Shown here piece by piece: positions 47,503-57,427 of a DNA stretch of 64,000 bases; the stretch's first letter is position 1; each line of letters opens with the position of its first letter. A program made the position numbers and the translations under genes. Under the pieces are notes generated by a model. The model saw only the letters and a program-made list of their open reading frames with translations. It was not told the DNA's origin and did no database searches. The DNA comes from Bdellovibrionota bacterium FG-1 (GTDB taxonomy: Bacteria > Bdellovibrionota > UBA1018), in contig JBBCAW010000021.1 of NCBI GenBank assembly GCA_051382295.1, positions 83,085 to 147,084 of the forward strand, written 5' to 3'.

Positions 47503-47856
47503 ATGATTACCCGTCTTGTTGTAATGAAAATACAACAGTATACTTAAATAGTCAAGAACAAAGGGTTCATTACCCACTGTACGCTTATGCAGGTTCTATG
47601 CTGTAGCCCAGATACAACACTATCGGCGGTTGAATCAACCCTCAATAGGAAAAACATGCCCCCCCTCGAAACTACTAAGAATTTTCGTGAACTTGATAGG
47701 TGGGGTTTTTGTCCCACCAGTACGTGAATTCCAATAACCCGTTGCTCCCCAAATAGATTCCGACACAAACGACCTTGATGCCTGGTTCCTAAAAAGAGTG
47801 TTTCCTCTCACATCTTTCGCCCCCCAGATTTTTGGTTGCCGGTCCTTAGTTCACGT

Positions 47857-48570
47857 TCAATTTTGAACCACTGTCTCATCCGGTGAGATTGAAGCATGCT
47901 TCGAGGTCTGGTGCGCCAGATTTACCATGCCGCCGTCTGTGTTTTTGCTGGAGAGCAGAGCCTGGAGTTGCTTTACGGCATCGACGATCGCATCCCGTCG
48001 AGCGAAGTGCATGTCTCCCTTTTTAAGACCAGCGGCAAAAGTCTCAATTTTCGTAACGAAGGTAACAAGTCGATCAACCGATTTATTTCCTTTGCGAACC
48101 GTTCGCACAAGGGCTTCCAACTCTTTTCTGGCGCATTTCAGGACATTGATATTCCGCCCAACCAAGGTGCCATCGTCTTTGAGCTTCGTTTTGTCTTTTG
48201 CACCGGGAATACGGCTGATAAAAACGATACGTTGGAAATCCTGAATACTTCTAAACACGTCTCGTTTTTGAAGAAAGGTTTCTGCTTTGATCAGACGGGA
48301 GATCCAACTCGCCGTGATTTCCGTGACACCAGTGATTTGTTGGCCCACTTTACCGGCGCTCCACTTGAGATTTTTTGAAAGCTGCCAGCATACCTTGGCC
48401 AGTTCCGCGTTATTCTTTGTGCGGGTGTCTACGGCTTTCTCCAACTTAGAGGCAATTCCCTTGAACTCTTCGTTCTGAGAAGAAACTGAGCATGCCTTGG
48501 CCAATCTCGAGGTGAATGTTTCCACCTTTGCGTTAGAAACCCTATTTGTTTTCGCTGCCTTCTTACCCAT
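47857..48570 (-). CDS. Basic hypothetical protein
   Basis: 237 aa, AGGAG RBS. Confidence 0.65.
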   Translation of the reverse strand: MGKKAAKTNRVSNAKVETFTSRLAKACSVSSQNEEFKGIASKLEKAVDTRTKNNAELAKVCWQLSKNLKWSAGKVGQQITGVTEITASWISRLIKAETFLQKRDVFRSIQDFQRIVFISRIPGAKDKTKLKDDGTLVGRNINVLKCARKELEALVRTVRKGNKSVDRLVTFVTKIETFAAGLKKGDMHFARRDAIVDAVKQLQALLSSKNTDGGMVNLAHQTSKHASISPDETVVQN

Positions 48571-48697
48571 AAAATCTCCTTCAATTGCATAAAAATAAAA
48601 CGAGCGAACTCAGTCGCATGGTGTCAACTCATAGTCAATTCAAAATGAAACAGGCCGGGAGCTAAAAAAAACCCCGGTCCATGGGGTTTCCGGCGAC

Positions 48698-48931
48698 TCA
48701 GGCTGAGCCGACTTTTCTAAGAGGGGTGACCGCAGCATCCTCCTGCTGTCTTGGCTTTGCCTGCGTCGACGTGGATGATCCATTCAAAAGCTTGTGGCCG
48801 GCCGCGCCGGTAATTCCAAGAATTAAGCCTGTTAAGGCTAATTCCATGAATCGCCCCCCGGCTGAGATGGCGGTATCTTGCCATGTGGACTTTTTTGCTC
48901 GAACCTTCGCGGTTTCAGTGGTTTCAGACAT
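48698..48931 (-). CDS. Small membrane protein
   Basis: GGAG RBS, single hydrophobic segment. Confidence 0.55.
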   Translation of the reverse strand: MSETTETAKVRAKKSTWQDTAISAGGRFMELALTGLILGITGAAGHKLLNGSSTSTQAKPRQQEDAAVTPLRKVGSA

Positions 48932-49004
48932 TTTTGTTCTCCAGTTTATACATGCGACCCTCATCGGTGTCGCGGGTTGATCACCGCCGATTGGCGATGA
49001 AAGT

Positions 49005-49127
49005 TTAGTTCCAAGTGACGGGTTGTGGACGAATGAAGGCTACAATCGCGGCTCCAAGAAGAAGTGCGATGAGCACTTCTTTCTGCCGAGTGGTGAGCAA
49101 AGGCTTTTCTACGATCTCGTTTCTCAT
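49005..49127 (-). CDS. 40-aa membrane peptide, absent from the ORF track
   Basis: AGGAG RBS; MRNEIVEKPLLTTRQKEVLIALLLGAAIVAFIRPQPVTWN*. Confidence 0.55.
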   Translation of the reverse strand: MRNEIVEKPLLTTRQKEVLIALLLGAAIVAFIRPQPVTWN

Positions 49128-49245
49128 TTTATCTCCTGACATCAAATGACCTCGTGAGAGGCCGGTTAATCACGGCCCAGTGGCCGTAAAGCTTTACATC
49201 CACGCAAGCTAGCTCAATTTTTATCGAACTGTTTACGCGAGTTAT

Positions 49246-50145
49246 TCACATACTCAGTTTTTCCACGCCGGCCTCCAGGTCCGCTAGCCGTTTGCGAACA
49301 TAGTGCCGTGAGGTCGTTTCAAGCGATGAGTGCCCCAATAAGTTTTGGAGCGCGACAAGATCGCCTGGATTTTCTTCCAAGAAATTCATCGCGAAGTGGT
49401 GCCGTAGTAGGTGGTCGTGGGTCTTCACCCCCACCAGCGCTCCAAGTTTTCGGACGAGCTTGTAAATCCCATCGGTCGTCAGCGGCCCCCGTTCACCGTT
49501 AAAAACCAGCCCTTGACCGAACTCATCACCGAGATGGGCTCGAAGTTGGATTCTTGCCTGACGAGCCAAAGGCACCGTTCGCGAGGATGATCCCTTCACG
49601 TGCTCACCACGAATCTCAAGGATGCCGCGATTCACACTGAGCGAGATATCTTCATGCCTAAGGCCTGCTACTTCTGAAACCCGTAATCCGGAGAGCATCA
49701 GGTAGACAATCGCTTTATCCCGTGGTGAAGCGGTCAGTTCCACGTTCCTCATAAAACGTCGAAACTCCTCTTGTGGCAGGGTCTTGGCACCCAATCTGGT
49801 CATTGGGAGCTCCGGCACCGCTTGAATCGATTCCGATCGCTCCCTAGTGACCACGCCGCTTTGGACTGCCCAAGCGACGTAGGCTTTGAGGAAAACTAAC
49901 CGGTGATTGATCGTGGTCGTGGCTTTCCCAGCTTTGAGCTGTTCACTCTTCCAGTCCCGAATATCAAGGCCGGCGACCCGGGTAAGGTCGAACGGTTCGC
50001 CGGTACGAGAGGATATGATGGCGCTAATTGACCGATGGGCCGAGGCGTAAGAATCGATCGTCTGATCCTTCCTGCCACGAGCTTTTAGAAAACCCAGATA
50101 TTCCTGAATTCGGCGCAGTTCTGCCTCCGTCGTATTGCTGTGCAT
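49246..50145 (-). CDS. XerC/D-like tyrosine recombinase (probable resolvase)
   Basis: GLRVSE, VKG, HLLRH, LGHSSL, HY; no arm-binding domain. Confidence 0.9.
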   Translation of the reverse strand: MHSNTTEAELRRIQEYLGFLKARGRKDQTIDSYASAHRSISAIISSRTGEPFDLTRVAGLDIRDWKSEQLKAGKATTTINHRLVFLKAYVAWAVQSGVVTRERSESIQAVPELPMTRLGAKTLPQEEFRRFMRNVELTASPRDKAIVYLMLSGLRVSEVAGLRHEDISLSVNRGILEIRGEHVKGSSSRTVPLARQARIQLRAHLGDEFGQGLVFNGERGPLTTDGIYKLVRKLGALVGVKTHDHLLRHHFAMNFLEENPGDLVALQNLLGHSSLETTSRHYVRKRLADLEAGVEKLSM

Positions 50146-50233
50146 GATTATCCTCCGAGTTAATGTGGAGTTGGTGATTGTAATTGGGCGAGTAAGTGTG
50201 GAAGTGGTGGGCCGGCTGGCCGGGTAATAACTA

Positions 50234-50614
50234 TTATCCGCCCAATCCCCTAACGCGGCTCCAAGGCGTGTCGGCTCGAATCACTCGGAGCCCAGGCTGT
50301 GAGCGTGCCGCATGGTCGACCACTTCCGAGTTATGATCCCGGATGATCAGCCGCTCCTCGCTCATCAAGCCCGTCATCCCCGGCAGATGAGATCGGTAGG
50401 CCCAATAGATTTCTTCAACGGCCTCTGTGTCGATTCTCAGTTCCCCATTCTGAAACGCACTCAGGAAAGCCCTGGGCCCTCGCAAGAGTAAGTACACGAA
50501 TCGGTATGCCTCGCCCAACTCCGGCGACTCTGGCATTTCAAGTAGTTCGTCTCGAAGAATCGGAAACAGCGTTTCAGCTCTTCGTCGAATCAGGTCTCTT
50601 GTCGATGGATCCAT
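50234..50614 (-). CDS. Hypothetical protein
   Basis: AAGGAG RBS, 126 aa. Confidence 0.6.
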   Translation of the reverse strand: MDPSTRDLIRRRAETLFPILRDELLEMPESPELGEAYRFVYLLLRGPRAFLSAFQNGELRIDTEAVEEIYWAYRSHLPGMTGLMSEERLIIRDHNSEVVDHAARSQPGLRVIRADTPWSRVRGLGG

Positions 50615-50628
50615 AGGTTTTCTCCTTT

Positions 50629-50865
50629 TTATGTTTCAAAATACGAGGCTGAACCCCTCGTGTTGTTTGTTCTGGTTGGCTGTGCCGGTGGCACGTTCAT
50701 GGGCCCGTTATTTGGGCAGTTTACGAGTGCCTCGGGGAGTGCACCCGCCATCTTCAGAATTGACCCCACGCTGATCAAAAGGGAAGAGCACGCAGCGGCC
50801 ACATAGCCGACGAGTATTAATCGGTCGGCCACGCTCATAGCTTCGAATTGTTCGTTGCGTGTCAT
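50629..50865 (-). CDS. Small membrane protein
   Basis: ATGA overlap with the DUF2958 gene; one TM. Confidence 0.5.
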   Translation of the reverse strand: MTRNEQFEAMSVADRLILVGYVAAACSSLLISVGSILKMAGALPEALVNCPNNGPMNVPPAQPTRTNNTRGSASYFET

Positions 50866-51173
50866 CCCTGTGACCGCCTTCCGCAGAGACGTTGCACTTC
50901 GCTGAGGCGCATGGGCTTCCAATGAAGGTCGCGTTCGATCCCGAGGCCGTGGACTTTAACGGACTCGAGCTCGGTGAGGCTGAAATAACCCAGCTCCCAC
51001 TCATGACCATCGACCGCTCCAAAAAATAAGCGCTCATCGGGGTCGTACTCAGTCGGATACCAAGTCCAACTTGAGAACGGGTGAAAGAATTTTGTTAGAA
51101 CAAAAGGGTCGTGGCCGTCAGTTTCTCTAGGTTTTTGAAATGCGCGTGCAAGCGCATTGGTCATCAACTTCAT
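50862..51173 (-). CDS. DUF2958 family protein
   Basis: KFFHP...WTWYPTEYD...FFG...ELGYFSLTEL...IERDLHW. Confidence 0.85.
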   Translation of the reverse strand: MKLMTNALARAFQKPRETDGHDPFVLTKFFHPFSSWTWYPTEYDPDERLFFGAVDGHEWELGYFSLTELESVKVHGLGIERDLHWKPMRLSEVQRLCGRRSQG

Positions 51174-51323
51174 TTTGCATCTCCTGGTTGTGGGTTGAGT
51201 GAAAAAATAAAGGGACGACGGCGCTGGTTGATTCCAACGTGGTCGTCCCTCTGGTGGGTGGTTTGCTATAAAAAGACGGAATACTTCGAGTGAGTTGACT
51301 TGAAATTGAGAGGCGGTCTTCGG

Positions 51324-52052
51324 TTACCCGAGAATCAGTTGGACCAATTTGTCTCGAACGTCTCGGCCTTTCACCAATAATTTGTCAGGCAAGGACCCGA
51401 TGTCGACCCTGGCGTTATTCTGGATCAGGTACTTCACGAACTCGGGGGAGTCTGTTGCGAGCATCAGAGGCGTTTTCCCAAGGCCATCCGAATCATTTAC
51501 CGGCGCGCCGGCTTCGATGAGTACCTCTGCTACCTCCCAGTGATTCTCGCGCAAAGCCCAGTGCAGGGCTTGGTGCCCAAACGCTGACCGCGCTCCCAGG
51601 TTGACCCCATAGCCCACGAGCATTGACGCCAACTCAAACCGGTCCTGAGCACTTCCCCTATCCATTTGGCCAAGTGAAAGCCTGCCCGGCGCGCAGAAGG
51701 TCAGGTCACGAAGGATGGCCTTTTTTTCCTCCTCTTCGCGAAAGTACGCAACCAAGCGAGGGCTTACCTCCATAATCGCAAGTTCGATTGGTAGTGCTCG
51801 ATCACCGTAGCGCCCACAGATTGGCTGGCTAATGTCGAAACCGTCATTAACCAAAATCTTGGCCGCTCCCAATTGATTACCACCGAGAACCGCATTTCCT
51901 AACTCCTGGTTGGTGCTTTGGGTGGCTTGCTTGGCTTGTCCCAGATTCAGGCCCAACCTTCCGAGTCCGACCGCGCCACCGAGCAACGCCCCACCCTTCG
52001 CGATGGAGCCAATGAAGGCGCGGCGGTTTTGATATTTCTTGTCCATCGTCAT
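51324..52052 (-). CDS. Ankyrin-repeat protein with Tat-like signal
   Basis: NRRAFIG; GHQALHWA...LIEAGAPVN, GKTPLMLA. Confidence 0.75.
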   Translation of the reverse strand: MTMDKKYQNRRAFIGSIAKGGALLGGAVGLGRLGLNLGQAKQATQSTNQELGNAVLGGNQLGAAKILVNDGFDISQPICGRYGDRALPIELAIMEVSPRLVAYFREEEEKKAILRDLTFCAPGRLSLGQMDRGSAQDRFELASMLVGYGVNLGARSAFGHQALHWALRENHWEVAEVLIEAGAPVNDSDGLGKTPLMLATDSPEFVKYLIQNNARVDIGSLPDKLLVKGRDVRDKLVQLILG

Positions 52053-52062
52053 TCTCCTTTGG

Positions 52063-52284
52063 TTATTTATAACTACGATTCACGGCGACCACTGTAACCG
52101 GCATATCGCAGGTATTTCTGTACAAATAAGGTCCATTTAGCTTTTCAGTCAGGCCCATAAAACAGCCAGTTGACTGGTCAAAAATCTCTGCGAAAGTCAC
52201 GACCAATCCTGGAATTCTTGCGATCTTTTGAATCGTCGCGCATCCGGATCCCGCAAAAATCAGGATGATGGTTAGGTATTTCAT
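52063..52284 (-). CDS. Small lipoprotein
   Basis: AAGGAGG RBS, GSGC lipobox-like. Confidence 0.55.
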   Translation of the reverse strand: MKYLTIILIFAGSGCATIQKIARIPGLVVTFAEIFDQSTGCFMGLTEKLNGPYLYRNTCDMPVTVVAVNRSYK

Positions 52285-52722
52285 GAGACCTCCTTTTAGT
52301 TTTTAAACATAGGGACAAAGCGGGTGAAAGCTGCTGATACAGCGAGTCCAGGCACCCAAAGTAACCCGGTCGACGATAGCCACCCCCGTCCGAAGGTGAG
52401 GTACGTTCCACTGACAACGAGCGCGAACGCTGAAATATAGAGTAGGCAAAAATCCGAGTGGGCCTTGGTATAAAGCGACAATCAAATTTGGATGATCGTC
52501 AGGCTACGCGAAGGTCGGTTGGGTAGATGTAGTACGCCACGGGGTGCCTTACGTCTGTCGTGTTGGCCACCGGTATCGGGAGGGGGTGCCCTCATTAATT
52601 TACTCATACCAGGAAAAGCTCGAATCTTGCCCATTGCGTTATATTGACGCGAGATGTGATTGCCGTGAGTTACGAATGTAACTTATGCGGACAGAGCTCA
52701 GACCTTTATGGTCCCAGAAGGG

Positions 52723-53496
52723 TTACAGATTTTTGAGAAATTGGAGCTTGAGTTGGAGAAAAACCTGCCCCATACGACTGATCCGTGAGTCGCTTGAACC
52801 GAGATCAAGGATCCCGCCTCCTTCTGCCTGGGGAATATAAAACTGATAGTTTACCCCCGCAGAAAGGGAGAGGTTAGCGAAGAGCGGAAAATCAAGGGTC
52901 AGACCGGGCACAACGCCTGGTCGAAGAAAGTTGGTCACGCCCATTTCAGTGGAATACATATTGAGGTAGGTAAGAATCACGTCCACATTAAAGGTGAGGC
53001 GAGCCAACCAAACCTGGATCGAGAAGCCCAGGGGTATTGGCTTCCATGTCGCGCCAAAAGCATGCGTTCGATCGCCGGGTGCAATAATAAGTGTGTCAGG
53101 AATCCAGATAAAAGGGTGCACTCGCCACGCGTCCACGGATTGAGCGAGGTGGCCGTATTTTTCCGGGACCTTTTCGATATTATCTGCGATCATCTTCCGA
53201 TCGACCACCGCCTCCAGGCTTAGCTTCAGGCCAAAGTAGGAATACCCATACTGCCCAAAGCTTCCGTTTATGCTTTGAAGGGATGGTCCCACTCCGATTT
53301 CAACCGGGATTGGTGTGTCAGCCTTTGCGCTTAGAGTGCCGAGGAGGGCTATGGATGTAAGTGCGCCATGAATGAAACGAAATAAATATTTGGGTCCCCT
53401 ATAATTTCCGAACTCAGATTGGCGCGACCAAAAAGATGATGGGGTAGGAATGCCCTTTTTCTTAGATTTTTGATTTGTACTCTGGTGCTCTTTCAC
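52723..53496 (-). CDS. Putative outer-membrane beta-barrel protein
   Basis: Signal-like segment, amphipathic beta strands. Confidence 0.5.
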   Translation of the reverse strand: MKEHQSTNQKSKKKGIPTPSSFWSRQSEFGNYRGPKYLFRFIHGALTSIALLGTLSAKADTPIPVEIGVGPSLQSINGSFGQYGYSYFGLKLSLEAVVDRKMIADNIEKVPEKYGHLAQSVDAWRVHPFIWIPDTLIIAPGDRTHAFGATWKPIPLGFSIQVWLARLTFNVDVILTYLNMYSTEMGVTNFLRPGVVPGLTLDFPLFANLSLSAGVNYQFYIPQAEGGGILDLGSSDSRISRMGQVFLQLKLQFLKNL

Positions 53497-53520
53497 GCTG
53501 TGGCCGCTCGAGTGAAAACA

Positions 53521-54186
53521 TTAAAAGAGCCCAAATGAAACCCCACCCAAAACATTAAAACTTGGAAGGAACTCTGAATTTGTACCAGCATCTGCAGAAC
53601 TCTCGACAAATATTGAGAGGTGGTCCCAAAACCCCTGGAACCCGACCCCAATTCCTCCAACCACGGAACCGATATCAGGAGGCCCTGCAGTGATGCAGTT
53701 TGCATTAAAATTTTTCTCGCAGGTCGGACTTATGTTTGCGTACCCAGCCGAAGCCTTGCCATAGACTCCGAAATGTTCGGTCCCCCATAGGTATCTGCGA
53801 AAAAGGAGGGCTGCTGCCCAACCCATATAAACAGCACCCCTCTTACAATCTGACGAACTGGATGAGCCGGTAGGACAGGATATATTTGTGTCTGGGATGT
53901 GCTCTGACCCGATATAGCCCAGACCCTGAATGCCAACATACGAAACTTCACCAAAACGAATTCTGAAACTGCCACCGAGAGCCCCGGGAGAATAGGTGCG
54001 CGAAAATTCACCACCAAAAAATAAATCAAATGCGAGCTTCGGTAATTCTAAAATTGGGCTAATCCCCGCCGTCGCGGGATTCGCGGCCTTTTTTTCATCA
54101 GATAGAGAAGAGGAAGTTAACCCGATATTCAGGAGGAACATCCCTATAATGGTAAGGGCGATGCTATTGAGGGGTGGATGGCTCAT
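53521..54186 (-). CDS. Putative outer-membrane beta-barrel protein
   Basis: Signal peptide, Gly/aromatic strands, C-terminal GGVSFGLF. Confidence 0.6.
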   Translation of the reverse strand: MSHPPLNSIALTIIGMFLLNIGLTSSSLSDEKKAANPATAGISPILELPKLAFDLFFGGEFSRTYSPGALGGSFRIRFGEVSYVGIQGLGYIGSEHIPDTNISCPTGSSSSSDCKRGAVYMGWAAALLFRRYLWGTEHFGVYGKASAGYANISPTCEKNFNANCITAGPPDIGSVVGGIGVGFQGFWDHLSIFVESSADAGTNSEFLPSFNVLGGVSFGLF

Positions 54187-55202
54187 AAGTTGTCTACCAG
54201 TTTATTGATGAAATCCTTTTTAATGGCGGCAGCAATAGCGTTCTTGGCAGCTTCAATCGCACTTTCGTCATCCTGGCCCGAACCGGTGTCTTCCATTATA
54301 AATGCGGTCACGGTGTCATTGCCATCGAGGATGGTTACGTTCACTAGCCCTGTGGCTTTTACAATGCCTGCCGAAGCAAGTAAGCGGTCCTTGCGTACTC
54401 GAACCTCCATTATTACTTTTAGTGAGAGGCCGGCCTTTGGATCAACTCGGAGACCTGATTGATTCACTTCGGCAATTATATGGTTAGTTACCTTAGGATC
54501 TCCCGTCGTTTGAACTGAAATGAGGACTTTATGAAGTTCTTGATTGAGAGCCTGAAGTACTCGGCTAATGGTCATTCCCCGTAATTCGTTGACGGACTTC
54601 GTGCCGTCAGGTCTCACGCTATCGTAGAGATCCGCTAAACCTTCGGTTCTCTGAAGTTCAATCGCCGCTTTTTTGAAAAATTGTATTCGTTTCAGCGATT
54701 TTTCTGATTGCAGCGCGGCATCATAATGGGCACTAGCTAGCTTGCCGGAATTGACTAGCGTCGGCGTAGTCCTTTCAGCAAACTTTAGCCGATCAAGAAC
54801 TACCAAAGCGTGTGCTACTAACGTCTCATTGTCAAAATCCGCCTGTTTTACGTCAATACCGTCCACATTGTTGACTGAAGCCTCAACGGAATCAGAACGG
54901 GAATAGGTTTTGATAATTCTCTCAAACGCTTTTTTTCCACCCTCGAATTCCTGAGTTGCAGTTTTCTCCGAGTGAGACCTCGTTTTTATGTTGGCGCGAA
55001 TTGCTTTGGCCAGCTCAGCGCGGGCCTGATCGGTGGCATTTTGAATGGCTCGCGTCTCATTGGTATCTTGCACGGCTCCTAAACCCATAAAAAAACTCCC
55101 GGGCGGGTATTTTTCGCGGATTTCAGAGGCGTTCGGTCCGGCGGCGAATGCATGGAGCTGAATTATAGTTACAGCGAAAAACAGAAGAATGAATTGTGCC
55201 AC
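54183..55202 (-). CDS. LPP20-like exported protein
   Basis: FFMGLG...ATDQARAELAKAI...HALVVLD. Confidence 0.65.
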   Translation of the reverse strand: MAQFILLFFAVTIIQLHAFAAGPNASEIREKYPPGSFFMGLGAVQDTNETRAIQNATDQARAELAKAIRANIKTRSHSEKTATQEFEGGKKAFERIIKTYSRSDSVEASVNNVDGIDVKQADFDNETLVAHALVVLDRLKFAERTTPTLVNSGKLASAHYDAALQSEKSLKRIQFFKKAAIELQRTEGLADLYDSVRPDGTKSVNELRGMTISRVLQALNQELHKVLISVQTTGDPKVTNHIIAEVNQSGLRVDPKAGLSLKVIMEVRVRKDRLLASAGIVKATGLVNVTILDGNDTVTAFIMEDTGSGQDDESAIEAAKNAIAAAIKKDFINKLVDNL

Positions 55203-55206
55203 AGCA

Positions 55207-55863
55207 CTATTCTCCCGTCTTCTCAGTCAGAGCCGTCTTCACGACCGTCGTTACAACATCTGTCACCTTGGCTACCATTTTTTGATTTATGGATCCGCCC
55301 CCTTGGGTGTTGCTTTGCGTTAGCGCTGCGTTGGCGGCTTGCTGGAATTCAGAAATCATTGCGCGTTGTGCTTGATCTTTGTTTATCCGCGCCAGTGCCC
55401 AGGTCGTTCCAGTTTCTTTGTCCCTCCATGATGCCATTACGGTACTGCCCTTTAGCGCCACCTTGACAATGTTTTTGTCCGAATTCTTGAATGTTTTTTT
55501 AATTGTCTCGGTTAGCAGCGCCTTCTTTTGTTCTGGGACACCTTCCGAGGCAACGGTGGTGACGGCATCCTGAGTTTTTTCAGAGACTCTTTCAATCTCA
55601 GACTGAAGTACGGCTCCGACCTGGCTCCTTGCTTCGTCCTGGGCCTCGGAAAGTGCGGTATCTAGGTCGGCCAGCGTCGACTTTCCGCGCCCATAAAAAC
55701 TATCATGACCGAAAAGGCGTTCGCCCCCCGGCTGAGGGGCCGCCACCCATTCTGGCTCACTTTTATTTCCAGTAAGAGTGGATGAGGCACAGGCCATAAG
55801 CGCAAGACAGAGGGAAGTTAGGACGACGTGTGAAAAACGCATTTTTGGGCTCCTTATTTTCAT
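55207..55863 (-). CDS. LPP20 family lipoprotein
   Basis: LMAC lipobox, PEWV, AQDEARSQV, TWALARI. Confidence 0.75.
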   Translation of the reverse strand: MKIRSPKMRFSHVVLTSLCLALMACASSTLTGNKSEPEWVAAPQPGGERLFGHDSFYGRGKSTLADLDTALSEAQDEARSQVGAVLQSEIERVSEKTQDAVTTVASEGVPEQKKALLTETIKKTFKNSDKNIVKVALKGSTVMASWRDKETGTTWALARINKDQAQRAMISEFQQAANAALTQSNTQGGGSINQKMVAKVTDVVTTVVKTALTEKTGE

Positions 55864-56876
55864 TTTAGTGATGGAATTGATTCGAGGGTTGAAATGACAT
55901 CTTTAATGGCGAGCTTCACTGACGCAAGCTGAGGATCAGTTTCTTTATTGACGGTCTTCAGTGATTCTCCGGATTGTAGATCCACCAATGATATATTGAG
56001 GATGCATTGATTTGCCTCACATACCATTTCTGTCATCAAGAGCATCGAAGCCCCACTGAGCTTGCCGACCTTTATTACCGTTTCTTGATTGAAAGCCTGA
56101 GAGACTCCGGTGGATTGTTCTTTGAGAACCGCATCGAGTTCAAAATTGCGAGAAACAGCAGAGAATTTAGGTGAATTACCAACGGAATCAGCGAGAAAAC
56201 CAGGAAGAGTCATTTGAACTGAATTGGGTACATTAACTAATTTCGCGGGTGCAATTGCCACTCGAGTCTTTATGGATGCCGGCGAACGTTCCAAAATCTT
56301 CACAAGTGTCGGTTGTTCAGCTAGTTCCGGAAACGGACTCTTTTTTGCCATTGAAGTCAGATTATCAATTAGCGGCTCCCTGACTCTAACCTTGCCGACT
56401 TCACCACCATAGTGGGAGGAGTCTTTTTCCTGCTCTTCTTTGACGAGTTCTGAGTCACCGGTCTGAACATTCAAGTACATCGATTTAAAATAGCTATTTC
56501 CTGAGACACCAGTAGAACCCAAATCGAAATTTGCGGTGTTACGATGAATGGTGAGATGGAGCGACAAAGAAACAAGCACGATATCGTCGTATCCGTTGGC
56601 CATTCCATAGTCTCTCGCAACGTCATTGTTCCAGACGAGTTCAGTCACCACTTTTTGAGTGAAACGCAGCCCCAGGTACTTGCCTTTTTGGTCGCCAAGT
56701 TTCCGCTCGATGGTATTCAGGATCGGAGAAATCTCATCTGGACGAAGTTCCCCATCAGCAAAACCAACGATCAAAACTTTCCGAGTCTCTTTTTTGATCG
56801 GCACGGAGGCACAACCGACATTTAAAGTTATGATTACCGCCAACTCCATGAGGACTATTAACCATCGCTGAACCAT
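55860..56876 (-). CDS. CsgG/HfaB/FlgO-like lipoprotein
   Basis: NVGC lipobox; VSR..LDAVLKEQ...KVGKLSGA...ISLVDLQSGE. Confidence 0.7.
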   Translation of the reverse strand: MVQRWLIVLMELAVIITLNVGCASVPIKKETRKVLIVGFADGELRPDEISPILNTIERKLGDQKGKYLGLRFTQKVVTELVWNNDVARDYGMANGYDDIVLVSLSLHLTIHRNTANFDLGSTGVSGNSYFKSMYLNVQTGDSELVKEEQEKDSSHYGGEVGKVRVREPLIDNLTSMAKKSPFPELAEQPTLVKILERSPASIKTRVAIAPAKLVNVPNSVQMTLPGFLADSVGNSPKFSAVSRNFELDAVLKEQSTGVSQAFNQETVIKVGKLSGASMLLMTEMVCEANQCILNISLVDLQSGESLKTVNKETDPQLASVKLAIKDVISTLESIPSLK

Positions 56877-57028
56877 AGCGCAAACCCTTCCGTGTTTAGA
56901 CGACTGCTTTGATTTTCGGTATTCAGCCGTAAACCTTTAGTTGATTAACAATGTGGCGAGATTGGTTTTAGGTCTGATCAAAATACAAAACAGTGAATCA
57001 ACAGAAAGAAACCAAGTCGAATAGTGTT

Positions 57029-57352
57029 TCATTTGTTCTCCGTATTTTTGTTAAAAATCACTCGTTCTAAGCGTATTCGGTAGAGTCCGTCCAAAAGTTT
57101 CTCAAGAGGGAGGGCCTCTAAGGTCACCTCCCTCTCGACAGGGCGCTGATCAAAAAGTAATTCCTCAAGTGTGACACCGAGAGCGTTGGCCACTTTGAAA
57201 ACCGCCTCGGGATCCCGTGGTTTAGACTTTGGGAGTAACCAAGTCGAAAGAGTGCTGAGCGGAATACCCGAGTTCTTACTTAATTGGCTTTGTGTGAAAC
57301 CGCGCTCCCTCAATAGCCGAGGAAGCACGATGCTAATTTTGCATTGTGACAT
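57029..57352 (-). CDS. XRE-family transcriptional regulator
   Basis: TQSQLSKNSGIPLSTLSTW...VANALGVTLEELL. Confidence 0.88.
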   Translation of the reverse strand: MSQCKISIVLPRLLRERGFTQSQLSKNSGIPLSTLSTWLLPKSKPRDPEAVFKVANALGVTLEELLFDQRPVEREVTLEALPLEKLLDGLYRIRLERVIFNKNTENK

Positions 57353-57406
57353 GGTGGTCCTCCTATTGTCGGTCCAGGTGTTAATATTTTTCAGTTGATT
57401 CTATTT

Positions 57407-57427
57407 TACCGAAGCTGAGCTTCGGTA
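57407..57427. promoter_or_regulatory. Perfect 10-1-10 palindrome upstream of the XRE gene
   Basis: TACCGAAGCT-G-AGCTTCGGTA. Confidence 0.5.

Noticed and set aside
52296..52607. ORF with an in-frame TGA at 52482-52484 (possible recoding)
   Set aside because: Other genes use TGA as stop, there is no SECIS-like context or recognisable homology; at most a nonsense pseudogene
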